A stretch of DNA of 64,000 nt from Candidatus Omnitrophota bacterium (GTDB lineage: Bacteria > Omnitrophota > Gorgyraeia > Zapsychrales > Fredricksoniimonadaceae), in the NCBI GenBank assembly GCA_044225175.1, contig JBGAJA010000001.1, positions 550,711-614,710 of the forward strand, read 5' to 3'. The position numbers and the translations under genes are program-made. The notes beneath the pieces were generated by a model. It was not told where the DNA came from. It searched no databases and saw only the letters and a program-made list of their open reading frames with translations. This document shows positions 52,296 through 62,295 of this stretch, in pieces. Numbering within the stretch: the stretch's first letter is position 1; each line of letters begins with the position of its first letter.

Positions 52296-52910
52296 ATGAA
52301 AATAAGAAAAGATGTAAAGCTTAACGGTTCAAGAACCTCTTCAAGTCTTTCACAACCAATTTTTCACCAGCATGCAAAACAAGTTCAGGAATATAATCAG
52401 GTTATTAGGGAGCTTCCTTTAGGACTTTCGATGGAAGTTAGACAGGAAGTGGTTAAAAAACTCAATCAAGTCTTGGCAGATACAATTACCATTAAAGATC
52501 TTTATAAAAAAAGTCATTGGCAAGTTAGTGGGGCTACTTTTTATCAATTGCACTTACTCTTTGATAAACATTATTCAGAACAAAATGAAATGATTGATAG
52601 TATTGCCGAACGAGTACAGCTTTTAGGAGGAATTAGTATAGCTATGGGTGGGGATGTAGCTGAACATACGAAAATCAAACGTCCTCCCCAAGGACGAGAA
52701 GAAGTTCTAGTCCAAATATCAAGATTACTCGATGCTCACGAGATAATAATTAAAGAAGCAAGGGCTGTTGCTAAGAGAGCCGAAGACTTAGAAGATGTCG
52801 GAACCACTGATTTATTGATCAGTAGTGTTCTTCGCACAAATGAAATGCAGGCTTGGTTCCTATATGAGCATCTGGTGAATATGCCTTTACTAAATACTAA
52901 CCAGAAATAA
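52296..52910 (+). CDS. dps: Dps-family ferritin-like DNA-binding protein with an N-terminal extension of about 40 aa
   Basis: 204 aa with the Dps ferroxidase motifs (SHWQVSGATFYQLHLLFDKHYSEQNEMID). It is divergent from the tre operon. Confidence 0.8.
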   Translation: MKIRKDVKLNGSRTSSSLSQPIFHQHAKQVQEYNQVIRELPLGLSMEVRQEVVKKLNQVLADTITIKDLYKKSHWQVSGATFYQLHLLFDKHYSEQNEMIDSIAERVQLLGGISIAMGGDVAEHTKIKRPPQGREEVLVQISRLLDAHEIIIKEARAVAKRAEDLEDVGTTDLLISSVLRTNEMQAWFLYEHLVNMPLLNTNQK

Positions 52911-52925
52911 CTTATTTTAAATCAA

Positions 52926-52952
52926 AGGGCCTTTTCATACAGTTAAGGCCCT
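52926..52952. terminator. Bidirectional terminator hairpin AGGGCCTT-(11 nt)-AAGGCCCT between the convergent dps and DUF481 genes
   Basis: An 8-bp GC-rich stem with T/A-rich flanks on both sides, 16 nt after the dps stop. Confidence 0.5.
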
Positions 52953-52976
52953 AATCTTTCTTTAGAATATTTTCAG

Positions 52977-53885
52977 CTAGAATTTATAATCTAGAGATGT
53001 AATCCACGTGTAGTCACTTTTCTTAATGGATGCTGCAGGCTTTGAATCAAAATCGTTAATAAATCGAATACTCAGAGCCCATCGGTCATTGATTGGATTG
53101 ATTAAAGAAGTTTCAGAGTGATATCTCAATTGGCCAGCATGAGTAATTGAGGGATATAGTGTAAAATCTTCAGATAGGTGAAGTTCATTGATTAAACGTT
53201 TATCAATGAATAAACGCGGAACGACTACGGCTTCTTTCTTACTTTTGAGTTCTATACGATAATTAGTATATTGATAACCTATTCCTAATTCTGTCATAGC
53301 TCTCAAATCTTGATTGTCGGAGAACCAGTAACCACGTCCAATTGAAGGTATTAATCTATAATCAATGTTTGCTAATCGATCTTGTTGTCCTTCAATCTTG
53401 TAGAAATTATACCAACTCAAATTCTTCCCAAAACTATTGGCATACCTAAGCATTCCATAAAATTTCCTAGCATCAATTTTTTTATTCGAATTTGAGTTTA
53501 GAACATCCAGTTTAGCTGTACTTTCATTAAATTTTGTCTTTCTATTAAGTTTAAAAGATCCTATCCCCTGGCTCTTATTTGTATTACCAGATGATTGTGT
53601 ATAGCCTAATGAGGCTGTTTTTTCCCACTCAATTTTATTTTGATCATCTTTTGAGGATACCTTAGTTTTGTTTAATGAGTATTCTTCAGGGTATGACTTT
53701 TGCATATCGATAAATGCTTTATCAATTTTAATATCTCCAGCAGCTGTTGTTGTGATAATGATATGTCTTTCATCATCTTGACTGAGGATTCCAGTAATTT
53801 TGTCTCCATTTTTTAAATAGATCTCTATTCCCCAAGCTGGATTAACGAGGAAGAATAAAAAAAGAAAAGAAATCAACTTTTGCAT
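52977..53885 (-). CDS. DUF481 (YdiY-like) outer-membrane beta-barrel protein
   Basis: 302 aa with a signal peptide. The N-terminal IYLKNGDKITGIL motif matches DUF481 proteins. There are alternating beta-strands and a C-terminal aromatic (DYKF). Confidence 0.55.
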   Translation of the reverse strand: MQKLISFLFLFFLVNPAWGIEIYLKNGDKITGILSQDDERHIIITTTAAGDIKIDKAFIDMQKSYPEEYSLNKTKVSSKDDQNKIEWEKTASLGYTQSSGNTNKSQGIGSFKLNRKTKFNESTAKLDVLNSNSNKKIDARKFYGMLRYANSFGKNLSWYNFYKIEGQQDRLANIDYRLIPSIGRGYWFSDNQDLRAMTELGIGYQYTNYRIELKSKKEAVVVPRLFIDKRLINELHLSEDFTLYPSITHAGQLRYHSETSLINPINDRWALSIRFINDFDSKPAASIKKSDYTWITSLDYKF

Positions 53886-53887
53886 GA

Positions 53888-54988
53888 TTATTTTTGACTT
53901 GGTGCTTGGGCATGTACTATTCGAGGATTAGGAACGCCTTTGCGTGTGATGGTTTGTTTGATTGTGGGTCTAGCATGTTTTTGAAATTCATTTAACTTAA
54001 TAGATTTTCCTAAACGAGCTGAATTATATATCGCTTCAATAATGCGTACATCCGCTTGGCCTTCACGTCCTGAAGGTTCTGGATTAGTATTATTAAGAAT
54101 ACATTTAGAAAAATAAATCAATTCCGGAGCAAATTGATCTCGAATAGGAAAGGTCGATTTTTTTGTCTTCTCATTGATTTTTACATAATGAGAAACTTCC
54201 GATTTATGATGAAAGGCTGGATCCACCCTCAAAGTCCCTTTTGTACCAATAACTTCATACATGGAAGTTGAACTTGCCCCAAAACTAGAAATGAGTAGCG
54301 CTATACGTTCTTTTGGAAATTTGAGTATAGCTCCAATCATTTCCTCAACATTTTTTGCCTGCTTATTATTTTTGGATGATAAAGCTATGACTTCGGTAGG
54401 TTCATCCCGAAATACATTACGAGCAGCATTGATTGAATAAATTCCTGTATCATAAAGTGTTCCTCTAGACATTTGATAATTCATTCGGATATTAGAGGGT
54501 TTAACCATCATCGTAAAAGTTGAATTAAAGATTCGTATATCTCCTAAGCGTCCAGAATTTGCAATTTTGGCTGCTTTGAGATTTCCTTCTTCAAAATGTA
54601 ATCGATAAGCAATCATTAACTTTACTTTGTGATTATGGGCAATTTGAGTCATTGCCATACACTCCTTCTCAGATATAGCCATTGGCTTTTCACATAGAAT
54701 ATGTATTCCCGCCTTTGCTGTTTGAATGACAAATTTATAATGTAAAGAATTTGGTAAAGCGATATAAACAGCATCAATTTGTCCGCTTTTTAGGCATTGT
54801 TCATATTCTTGGTAGGAATAGCGAAAAGGCACACGATAATGATCGCCAATTTGCTTTAATTTGACAGGATCATCAGAAACTATTGCAGTAAGCTCAGAAT
54901 TTATCTTGGCGTGAGCAAAAGAAGGTAAAACTATATCTTGAGCGATCCAACCTAGGCCAACAACGGCATATCGAACCTTTTTAGCCAT
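53888..54988 (-). CDS. Gfo/Idh/MocA-family NAD(P)-dependent oxidoreductase
   Basis: 366 aa with a Rossmann N-terminus VRYAVVGLGWIAQDIVLP and the EKP motif (LCEKPMA). Confidence 0.8.
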   Translation of the reverse strand: MAKKVRYAVVGLGWIAQDIVLPSFAHAKINSELTAIVSDDPVKLKQIGDHYRVPFRYSYQEYEQCLKSGQIDAVYIALPNSLHYKFVIQTAKAGIHILCEKPMAISEKECMAMTQIAHNHKVKLMIAYRLHFEEGNLKAAKIANSGRLGDIRIFNSTFTMMVKPSNIRMNYQMSRGTLYDTGIYSINAARNVFRDEPTEVIALSSKNNKQAKNVEEMIGAILKFPKERIALLISSFGASSTSMYEVIGTKGTLRVDPAFHHKSEVSHYVKINEKTKKSTFPIRDQFAPELIYFSKCILNNTNPEPSGREGQADVRIIEAIYNSARLGKSIKLNEFQKHARPTIKQTITRKGVPNPRIVHAQAPSQK

Positions 54989-55000
54989 TGATATCTCCTT

Positions 55001-55477
55001 TTATTTACTAATCTCAATATCTTCTCCCTCAGAAATGTCTCCAAAGACTGTATCATCAATAATAGGAAACACAGTAGTCTTCCCAGCTGAATCCCGAACT
55101 AAGATTCTGCTATTTTCTCGATCAACCTTAACGATCTTGCCTGTAGCTATAATGTTTGCTTTATTAGAACTATAAGAACTTACTCGTGAAATCTTCACAG
55201 AACCTCCGATAGATGTATTACTTATCAAATTATCTTTATCATTGTTCAATGAATCATCGCTATTTGTTGTGGAGTTAGTACTGATGTCCTGTGATTCTCG
55301 ATTGGTTCCTGTATTAATGTTGCTTCTTACAGCTATAGAATCTGATGATGCAGGATTTTTATCTGTGGGTGAAATCATTCCTGGGCCCCCAACTGTTGTG
55401 GCCGTATTTTCAGCATAGCTTCGAGGAGCTGTCAAAATCACAATTGCAGTTATCACTATAAAAAATAATTGATTCAT
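55001..55477 (-). CDS. Secreted Ser/Asn/Thr-rich low-complexity protein (hypothetical)
   Basis: 158 aa with a signal peptide, an S/N/T-rich middle and a small C-terminal beta domain. Confidence 0.4.
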   Translation of the reverse strand: MNQLFFIVITAIVILTAPRSYAENTATTVGGPGMISPTDKNPASSDSIAVRSNINTGTNRESQDISTNSTTNSDDSLNNDKDNLISNTSIGGSVKISRVSSYSSNKANIIATGKIVKVDRENSRILVRDSAGKTTVFPIIDDTVFGDISEGEDIEISK

Positions 55478-55566
55478 ACACCCTCCTATTGTTTTAACTT
55501 CTTGAATATATGATACAAAAGATGGATTAAGGAAAGATGAAGAAAAACTTAAGGGAGGTTGAAAAC

Positions 55567-57216
55567 TTATAAAAGACTTTTAGCGTAGGCGATCGATTTT
55601 TGAATATCCCAGTAAAAATGTTCTTCACCAAGCTTTTTCATAATACCTGCTTCTTTCATAATTTTTAAAGGTTGATCATGAACGCCTGAGAAAACAACGG
55701 AGACTCCGTCTTTCTTTGTTTTTCTTAATAGGTCTTCCAAAGCGCGTAATCCTGTAGCATCAATAGCAGGAACAAAGCGTAAGCGTAAAATTAAAACTTT
55801 TGGCCTTCTTTTCATTTGTCTAAGTGTATGTTCAAATTTATCTGCTGCTCCAAAAAAGAATGGTCCGTTAATTTCAAAAATTTCAACTCCCTCAGGGATA
55901 TCTTCCCGACGAATAGCTTCTGGATCATTGGGATTTTCTTCTGATTCATTTAAATATTTTACCTCTGTTACTTCTATCATTCGTCTTATAAATAAGAACA
56001 AAGCCATGATAATGCCCATTTCAATACCTACGGTCAAATCTATAAGAACAGTTAGTAGAAATGTCACCAATAAAACCAAAATATCACTTTTAGGCCCTCT
56101 AAATAATCTGACAAATAAATGCCATTCGCTCATATTATATGCAACTACCATTAAAATTCCTGAGAGTGTGGCCATTGGTATTAAGGCTGCCCATTTTCCA
56201 AAAAATAAGAATATAAAGAGAATTGTAACTGCATGAATAATGCCAGCCACAGGACTCTGACCTCCATTTTTAATGTTTGTAGCAGTTCGAGCAATAGCTC
56301 CGGTTGCAGGAATACCTTGAAATATAGGTGTCACAATATTAGCAATTCCTTGTGCGATCAATTCCATGTTAGAACGGTGGCGTCTACCCGTCATCCCATC
56401 TGCTACAACCGCTGAAAGCAAGGATTCAATACCTGCCAACAAGGCAATTGTTAGGGCTGGATGGGACATTTTGATCAGAATATCAAGATTGATATTAGGA
56501 AAATGAGGTGCGGGGAAAGTATTTGGTACGCTTCCAAAACGTGATCCGATGGTTTCTACGTTTAAGTGAAGAATTTGTGCTAATAAAGTGGTAGCTATAA
56601 TAGCAATTAAGGGTCCAGGAAGTCTATCGGTTACTTTTCGCCAATAAACAACGATAAAAATTGAAAGTACTCCTATTGTTAATGTTTCTGCATGAAAAGT
56701 AGCTAAATGTGTTAAATAAATTCCCCATTGATTAATAAAAGACTTATGAGTAAATTCTATGTGCAATCCTAAGAAATCTCTAACTTGACTTGTGAAGATA
56801 ATTAATGCAATACCACTAGTAAAACCAATTGTCACTGGATAAGGAATAAATTTAATAACATCCCCCATCCTAGCAAGACCCATAATGATCAGAAAGACTC
56901 CAGCCATAACTGTTGCAATAGCCAATCCATCATAGCCATATTGTTGGACAATTCCGTAAATGATGACAATGAAGGCCCCTGTAGGACCGCCTATTTGAAC
57001 ACGACTGCCGCTAAAAACAGAAATAAGGAATCCTGCGATCACTGCTGTGATTAATCCTTGTTCAGGCTTTACGCCCGAAGCGATAGCAAAAGCAATTGAC
57101 AAAGGAAGGGCAACAATTCCAACGATAATTCCTGCAAGAAGGTCTTGGCGAAATAGTTTTAATGTGTATCCTTCTCGCAATGCAGTGAAGAGCTTTGGTT
57201 CAAAGATAGGATTCAT
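55567..57216 (-). CDS. SulP-family anion (sulfate/bicarbonate) permease with a C-terminal STAS domain
   Basis: 549 aa with the SulP TM core and STAS (VLILRLRFVPAIDATGLRALEDL). Confidence 0.85.
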   Translation of the reverse strand: MNPIFEPKLFTALREGYTLKLFRQDLLAGIIVGIVALPLSIAFAIASGVKPEQGLITAVIAGFLISVFSGSRVQIGGPTGAFIVIIYGIVQQYGYDGLAIATVMAGVFLIIMGLARMGDVIKFIPYPVTIGFTSGIALIIFTSQVRDFLGLHIEFTHKSFINQWGIYLTHLATFHAETLTIGVLSIFIVVYWRKVTDRLPGPLIAIIATTLLAQILHLNVETIGSRFGSVPNTFPAPHFPNINLDILIKMSHPALTIALLAGIESLLSAVVADGMTGRRHRSNMELIAQGIANIVTPIFQGIPATGAIARTATNIKNGGQSPVAGIIHAVTILFIFLFFGKWAALIPMATLSGILMVVAYNMSEWHLFVRLFRGPKSDILVLLVTFLLTVLIDLTVGIEMGIIMALFLFIRRMIEVTEVKYLNESEENPNDPEAIRREDIPEGVEIFEINGPFFFGAADKFEHTLRQMKRRPKVLILRLRFVPAIDATGLRALEDLLRKTKKDGVSVVFSGVHDQPLKIMKEAGIMKKLGEEHFYWDIQKSIAYAKSLL

Positions 57217-57217
57217 T

Positions 57218-60200
57218 TTATTTCAGATCCAATAAGAATTTGATATCTTCCCAATCAAGTTTTTTACCAATACTTTCTTCTGATAATACAAGCGCATCCA
57301 TGAGAAATCGTTTGCGATTTTGTAATTCTAGCATTTTTTCTTCAATTGTTCCTTTGGTAATTAAACGGTAAGCTAGTACAGAATTACTTTGACCAATACG
57401 ATGGACTCGATCAATAGCTTGATTTTCAACGGCAGGGTTCCACCAAGGTTCATAAATAATAACAGTGTCTGCTGATGTTAAATTAAGACCAACCCCTCCT
57501 ACTTTTAGACTTAGTAAAAAAACTTTTAAAGAAGAGTCTTTATTAAAGCGTTCTACTTCTTCCTGTCGATCCTTACTTGATCCATCCATGTATGCATAAG
57601 GAATCTTTTCTCGTTCCAAATACTCTTCCATTATCTTTAACATGGAAACAAATTGGCTGAAAATAAGAACTTTATGTCCTCCGGCTAATAGTTCATCCAA
57701 AGTTTCCTTTAAAAGTTCCATTTTGCCAGATACACTTCGATGCCCTAAATCAACACCAGCAATCAAAGGATGGCAGCAAATTTGCCGTAGTCTAAGAATT
57801 AATGTCAAAATCACCATTCTACTCTTTTCAAAACCATTTTTATCAACGCTTTTGCTTGCAATCTCCCGAGCTGATTCAGCCATTTTGGCATAAATCTTAG
57901 CCTGAGTAGGCTCTAATTCACAATAGGATATCTGTTCGATTTTCTCAGGCAAATCTTTAATGACATCCTTTTTGATACGTCTTAAAACAAAAGGAAGAAT
58001 TCTTGAAGAAAGCTTAGTTAATTGTTCTTTATCTTGAAATTTAGTAATAGGAATTTCATAACGCTTCTTAAACTTTTCAGCTCCCCCTAGAAATCCTGGC
58101 ATTAAAAAGTCAAAAATAGACCATAAATCCATAATGCTATTCTCAACAGGAGTTCCTGTCATAGCTAGACGCATGGAGGCCTTTAAGGATTTAGCGACTT
58201 GAGCATTTCTTGTATTACGATTCTTGATATTCTGCGCTTCATCTAAAATAACATAATTAAAATCTACTTGCTTATAAAGTTCGATATCTCTGCGCAACAA
58301 AGAATAGGAAGTGATCACAACCTGGGCCTTATTAATTTCATCAAAAAGATCCCTTCGATGATTGCCATTTAAGACCAATGTTTTCACATTAGGCATAAAT
58401 TTCTTGATTTCTTCCTGCCAGTTCCAAACTAATGTAGTTGGACAAACAACTAAAGATGGAAGCTTATTGCCTTGTTCAATTTCCATTTGAATTATGGTTA
58501 AAGCTTGTAATGTCTTTCCAAGACCCATTTCATCTGCTAAAACACCGCCAAAATTAAACTTTCTTAGGAAAGCCAGCCAATCTACCCCTTTTGTTTGATA
58601 ATCTCTTAAAACACCATTTAAAGAGGTAGGGACTGTAACCGTTTCAATAGATTGAAATCTTTTAAGTTCTTCATACGTTGCCATAACCCTTGAATCAACC
58701 GTAGACTTTAATCCATAACGCTTAATTTCTTCCATCACAAAAGGCATTTGGGCTAAATGTAATTTTTTACTATCAAATTCTTGTGACATTGCTTCAATTT
58801 GATCAAAGAATTCTCTGGGGATAGGTAGTAATTCTCCCTTCTTTAATCGAATATAATTCTGGCCTTCTAATATTGCTTTTTTAATCTTAGTGTGGGTGAT
58901 TTCTTCATCGATTCCCTCAGCTTTATAGACAGCATCAAATTCAAACCAATCAATACCACTTCCAGTCAAACGTACAGAAGGTTCAAAGAATTTATTATTA
59001 AGAAGTTTGGATTCAAAATCATTAGAGCAATGCACATCCATATCTCTTTTAAGTAAAGGAAGCTTTTGATAAACAAATCCTAAAATGTCCTCGGTTCCAG
59101 AGAGCATAAAAACCTTAGAATTCTTTCTCCACTCAAAGGAGCAGTCACGAAGAAGGTATTGAACTTTTGTATTTTCTTGATCAATATCACGGACAACCCA
59201 GCTTAATTCTTCTTGATTGTTGCTTGGTGAGAAACGTTCTAAGCATGCACTTCCTTGATAAGGATAGGCTTCTTGATTTTCATAAACAAAAGATAGCTTT
59301 CCAAGTACACAATCTTTAACGTAACTTAAATCTAAACGACATCGTAAAGTGGGCGTAATAAAATTTATATTCTTTAAACAATCATTTTCTTCAATGATTT
59401 CACAGGAACTGTTTAAAGTATTAATCACAGATGAAATAAAGTAAGGAATTTGAGGTGTATCTAGAATTTGTTCAACATTTAAGAAGTCCCTTAAAAAGGA
59501 ATATGTGATGCTTTCCTCTAGAGATTGAAAACTTAAGGAATCTTCATCAAATAACCAAACTGGATGACCTTCCTGAATATGTGTTGTCTTAAAATTTCTT
59601 TCTGGGTTCTGGGGATCTTTCAAAGAAGCTTTTACTCCCCACTGCCCTTTTTCAATTAAACGAATACTTAAGGTCAAAGATATCTTTGGTTGAACTTTAA
59701 TTTGGATCGGTTGATTTGTCTTACTGTCAACAAATTCAACACCTGGACAATTAGCAATCGTACCTAAATAAGCAGCCCATTGCATGCGTTTCATCCTAAA
59801 CTGGGGCTGCACAAAACCTCTAGCATTTGTATCGACCGTTAAAAGTTCATTAAGGAAATTTAGTACGGTCTGTTGCATGGAAGAGAACGCTGAAAATTGT
59901 GGATAATTGATATGGCGGGTACGAGCCTGATTCAAAAGGATTTTAAAATTTAAAACAGCAAATTTTTCTTCTGCATTTATCACATAAACTTTAAAAGGAA
60001 TGCTTTTGATAACTCCACCAATAAAACCATTGGTTGAAAGTACAATTCGAATAAGAGGCTTTTGGGGAGATCTATATTTGTATTCGGGTAAAAGATAATC
60101 CGTCTTTTTCTTCTTAATAATGATAGGTTTCACTACTTGAGGTAATGTTTTCTGAGGTAATGGGGCTATTTGTGAATTAATTCTTAATTGTTTTTCATCT

Positions 60201-60523
60201 AGAAAGATCAGTTTACTTACATCCACATCGGCTGTGATCGCGACATAATGGATCCAGTGCAGAAGAACTGCAACCGAATGTTTGCACATGTTGCCAAGTT
60301 TAAAAGGACATGTGCATTCCGCAAATCGAAAATTGTCTAAGCCTTTGATATGAATTCTAACATGAAATGGATCAGGCTCTGAACCTTGAACAACTCCTTC
60401 TAAATCACTATTCTTTCGTGCTATTGTCTTAACAGCACCTTTGCGATGATAACTCTTACCTCTTGCAAAAGCCATTTCACCCGCTACACGTTCTAAACTT
60501 TTTTCATCTCTAATAAATGGCAT
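57218..60523 (-). CDS. SNF2-family helicase/ATPase with an N-terminal SWIM zinc finger
   Basis: 1101 aa. The SWIM motif is CTCPFKLGNMCKHSVAVLLHW. The SNF2_N motifs are I (DEMGLGKT), II (DEAQNIKN) and the helicase C-terminus (QAIDRVHRIGQ). Its stop is 1 nt from the SulP start. Confidence 0.85.
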   Translation of the reverse strand: MPFIRDEKSLERVAGEMAFARGKSYHRKGAVKTIARKNSDLEGVVQGSEPDPFHVRIHIKGLDNFRFAECTCPFKLGNMCKHSVAVLLHWIHYVAITADVDVSKLIFLDEKQLRINSQIAPLPQKTLPQVVKPIIIKKKKTDYLLPEYKYRSPQKPLIRIVLSTNGFIGGVIKSIPFKVYVINAEEKFAVLNFKILLNQARTRHINYPQFSAFSSMQQTVLNFLNELLTVDTNARGFVQPQFRMKRMQWAAYLGTIANCPGVEFVDSKTNQPIQIKVQPKISLTLSIRLIEKGQWGVKASLKDPQNPERNFKTTHIQEGHPVWLFDEDSLSFQSLEESITYSFLRDFLNVEQILDTPQIPYFISSVINTLNSSCEIIEENDCLKNINFITPTLRCRLDLSYVKDCVLGKLSFVYENQEAYPYQGSACLERFSPSNNQEELSWVVRDIDQENTKVQYLLRDCSFEWRKNSKVFMLSGTEDILGFVYQKLPLLKRDMDVHCSNDFESKLLNNKFFEPSVRLTGSGIDWFEFDAVYKAEGIDEEITHTKIKKAILEGQNYIRLKKGELLPIPREFFDQIEAMSQEFDSKKLHLAQMPFVMEEIKRYGLKSTVDSRVMATYEELKRFQSIETVTVPTSLNGVLRDYQTKGVDWLAFLRKFNFGGVLADEMGLGKTLQALTIIQMEIEQGNKLPSLVVCPTTLVWNWQEEIKKFMPNVKTLVLNGNHRRDLFDEINKAQVVITSYSLLRRDIELYKQVDFNYVILDEAQNIKNRNTRNAQVAKSLKASMRLAMTGTPVENSIMDLWSIFDFLMPGFLGGAEKFKKRYEIPITKFQDKEQLTKLSSRILPFVLRRIKKDVIKDLPEKIEQISYCELEPTQAKIYAKMAESAREIASKSVDKNGFEKSRMVILTLILRLRQICCHPLIAGVDLGHRSVSGKMELLKETLDELLAGGHKVLIFSQFVSMLKIMEEYLEREKIPYAYMDGSSKDRQEEVERFNKDSSLKVFLLSLKVGGVGLNLTSADTVIIYEPWWNPAVENQAIDRVHRIGQSNSVLAYRLITKGTIEEKMLELQNRKRFLMDALVLSEESIGKKLDWEDIKFLLDLK

Positions 60524-60546
60524 TTGGTCCTTTGATTAAAAATTAA

Positions 60547-60578
60547 AATCCCTGCAATATGTTCTTACTGCAGGGATT
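60547..60578 (-). terminator. Hairpin AATCCCTGCA-(12 nt)-TGCAGGGATT, followed on the minus strand by TTAATTTTTAAT; it lies only ~24 nt upstream of the SNF2 start codon
   Basis: A 10-bp perfect stem read directly; the T-rich tract is on the minus strand. Confidence 0.5.
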
Positions 60579-60612
60579 ACCTATCTCTAGATGGAGATAA
60601 TCACTTTATAAC

Positions 60613-60770
60613 TGGCGGGTAGTCGTTGACGATAGGCGAACCCTACAACCCCTTGAAATACCGCTACTTATAAAAATTTATCGCAAACGAAGTACGGGGT
60701 CGCTAATATCTCTTGACCTACCCATCGACACTACCCAGCCATACCGTAAAGGTATTTTATCAAAACGGCG
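60613..60770. repeat. Copy 1 of a ~160-bp imperfect direct repeat (the first ~62 nt are nearly identical to copy 2 and the rest is about 75-80% similar)
   Basis: TGGCGGGTAGTCGTTGACGATAGGCGAACCCTACAACCCCTTGAAATACC... was aligned by eye to 62296-62455. Confidence 0.8.
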
Positions 60771-61142
60771 CTAACTATTATAATTTACAATAACCCTAAT
60801 AACTTTACCTGTCAGACCAAATTCCATTAATTCCCCAACTTTTATACCTTTCTGATTTTTGTAATGCACAACCACGCTTTTTATTCCCCACATTACCTCA
60901 ATAAGTTCAAATCTTAAATCAGGGTAAAAGTCCAGTCCTTTGGCAAAGTAAACTTGCAATGCTGCTTTGCCCTCGATTGTGCCGGATGGGATATTCATAA
61001 TCTTTTGCGCGACTGGAGAAGTCAAAACAACTTTCTCGTCATAATGCGCCATAATCGCATCCAGATTGTGTGAATTCCATCCATCAATCCAATGGCTTGC
61101 AAATTCTCTTGCTTGTTTCTCAGTAAGCATTCTTTGACTCAT
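60771..61142 (-). CDS. NTF2-like / SnoaL-like small protein (DUF4440 / ketosteroid-isomerase-like fold)
   Basis: 123 aa. The N-terminus EKQAREFASHWIDGWNSHNLDAIMAHYDEKVVL is typical of SnoaL-like / NTF2 superfamily proteins. Confidence 0.5.
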   Translation of the reverse strand: MSQRMLTEKQAREFASHWIDGWNSHNLDAIMAHYDEKVVLTSPVAQKIMNIPSGTIEGKAALQVYFAKGLDFYPDLRFELIEVMWGIKSVVVHYKNQKGIKVGELMEFGLTGKVIRVIVNYNS

Positions 61143-61217
61143 AATTCTCTCGAGACTTTAACCCAACACGCTCTTTATCTGCCGCCAGCGCCCGGCACAA
61201 TCCAGACGTTTCTCGCC

Positions 61218-62117
61218 TCACCGCACGCGTCCATCAAAATTATCCCAGACGGCCCTGGAGATGTCGGAGATGATCTTTTCATTCGTTGCGACATCCTCGC
61301 GCGAGTTGGCAATAAATACAGCAATGGCGACATGTTTACCGTCGGGTAAAGTGATAATCCCCACATCATTGACAGCTGCCGTAATTCCTTCCTTATTCGT
61401 ATCAGAGGTCCCCGTTTTATGAGCAACCGCAGTTCCTTGCGGCAACTGCCCCTTGATCCTGTTCTGCCCTGTCTTTGTTTCCGTCATCACACCCCAAAGA
61501 AAATCAAAGCTTTTACGGGATAAAATCTTCTCTTCATAAAAAATTTTAAGCAACTCGATGATAGCTACGGGAGTAGCCCAATTAGAAAACTGGACGTTCC
61601 AGTTTTTATGCATCTCTTGTTCGTTAAATTGGACGGAAAAATCCTTGATGCCGAGGCCATGTATATAATCATTTACCACCGCAGGCCCTCCGATAAGCTT
61701 CAGCAAAATGTCGCATCCGTTATTATCGCTTTGGGCCACGGTATATTTTAAAATCTCGGCCAATGACATCTTGATATCTCCATCGGGATACTTATCCCTT
61801 ATCGGGCTCCAGGTATTCGGCAAAAGATCGTTCCTGCGTATATTTATTTCCTGATCCAATGCCAAGCGGCCTTTATCCACTTCGCTCAAGACAGTCAAAG
61901 CGAGAGGGAATTTAAAAACGCTTTGCATGGGAAACTTGCTTTCCTCATTAACACCCAAAGCCTTCCTGTCCTCTATGCCAAGAATGGAAACACCAACCTC
62001 TGCTCTCATCGGCGCAACAATGCGCGAAATTTTCGCCTGCAGTGTTTCCTCCTGTGCAAAAGCCCCATGGGAAGCCAACAAGAAGACCACGTTCATTAAA
62101 CAAAATTTTTTAAACAC
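61218..62117 (-). CDS. Class A beta-lactamase, Bacteroidetes type (CepA/CblA/CfxA-like subclass)
   Basis: 299 aa with a signal peptide. It has SxxK (PMQSVFKF), SDN (AQSDNNGCD) and KTG (HKTGTSD). It is colinear with my recollection of the Bacteroides CepA-type enzymes (YPMMSVFKF..., LKYTLQQSDNNACD). The local G+C is clearly higher than in the rest of the window. Confidence 0.85.
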   Translation of the reverse strand: MFKKFCLMNVVFLLASHGAFAQEETLQAKISRIVAPMRAEVGVSILGIEDRKALGVNEESKFPMQSVFKFPLALTVLSEVDKGRLALDQEINIRRNDLLPNTWSPIRDKYPDGDIKMSLAEILKYTVAQSDNNGCDILLKLIGGPAVVNDYIHGLGIKDFSVQFNEQEMHKNWNVQFSNWATPVAIIELLKIFYEEKILSRKSFDFLWGVMTETKTGQNRIKGQLPQGTAVAHKTGTSDTNKEGITAAVNDVGIITLPDGKHVAIAVFIANSREDVATNEKIISDISRAVWDNFDGRVR

Positions 62118-62295
62118 GAATTAATTCCCTCGTTCTTTTATTCTCCTGAGGCCAACCATCCCTTTACAAGCCACATTATCGTGCCGTATAGCCGCCATCC
62201 ACCGGATAAAACCCTCCGGTCGAACTTGAGTTCGAATCCCCGTCTACTCAAGCCTAAAACGCCTTGAATCCTCGACGAAGGGTTCACCAAAAAAT

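Noticed and set aside
61175-61426. 83-aa minus-strand ORF, and the 85-aa plus-strand ORF 61092..61349, overlapping the 3' part of the beta-lactamase
   Set aside because: These are alternative frames in GC-richer DNA where long spurious ORFs are expected. The beta-lactamase frame carries all the catalytic motifs.
62215-62250. tRNA-like GAGTTCGAATCC (T-psi-C loop-like) motif between the beta-lactamase start and repeat copy 2
   Set aside because: I could not fold a cloverleaf on either strand. The flanking CTTGAG/CTCAAG inverted repeat gives a 16-nt loop, not a T-arm. It may be a tRNA remnant from an old integration site, but this is unsupported.
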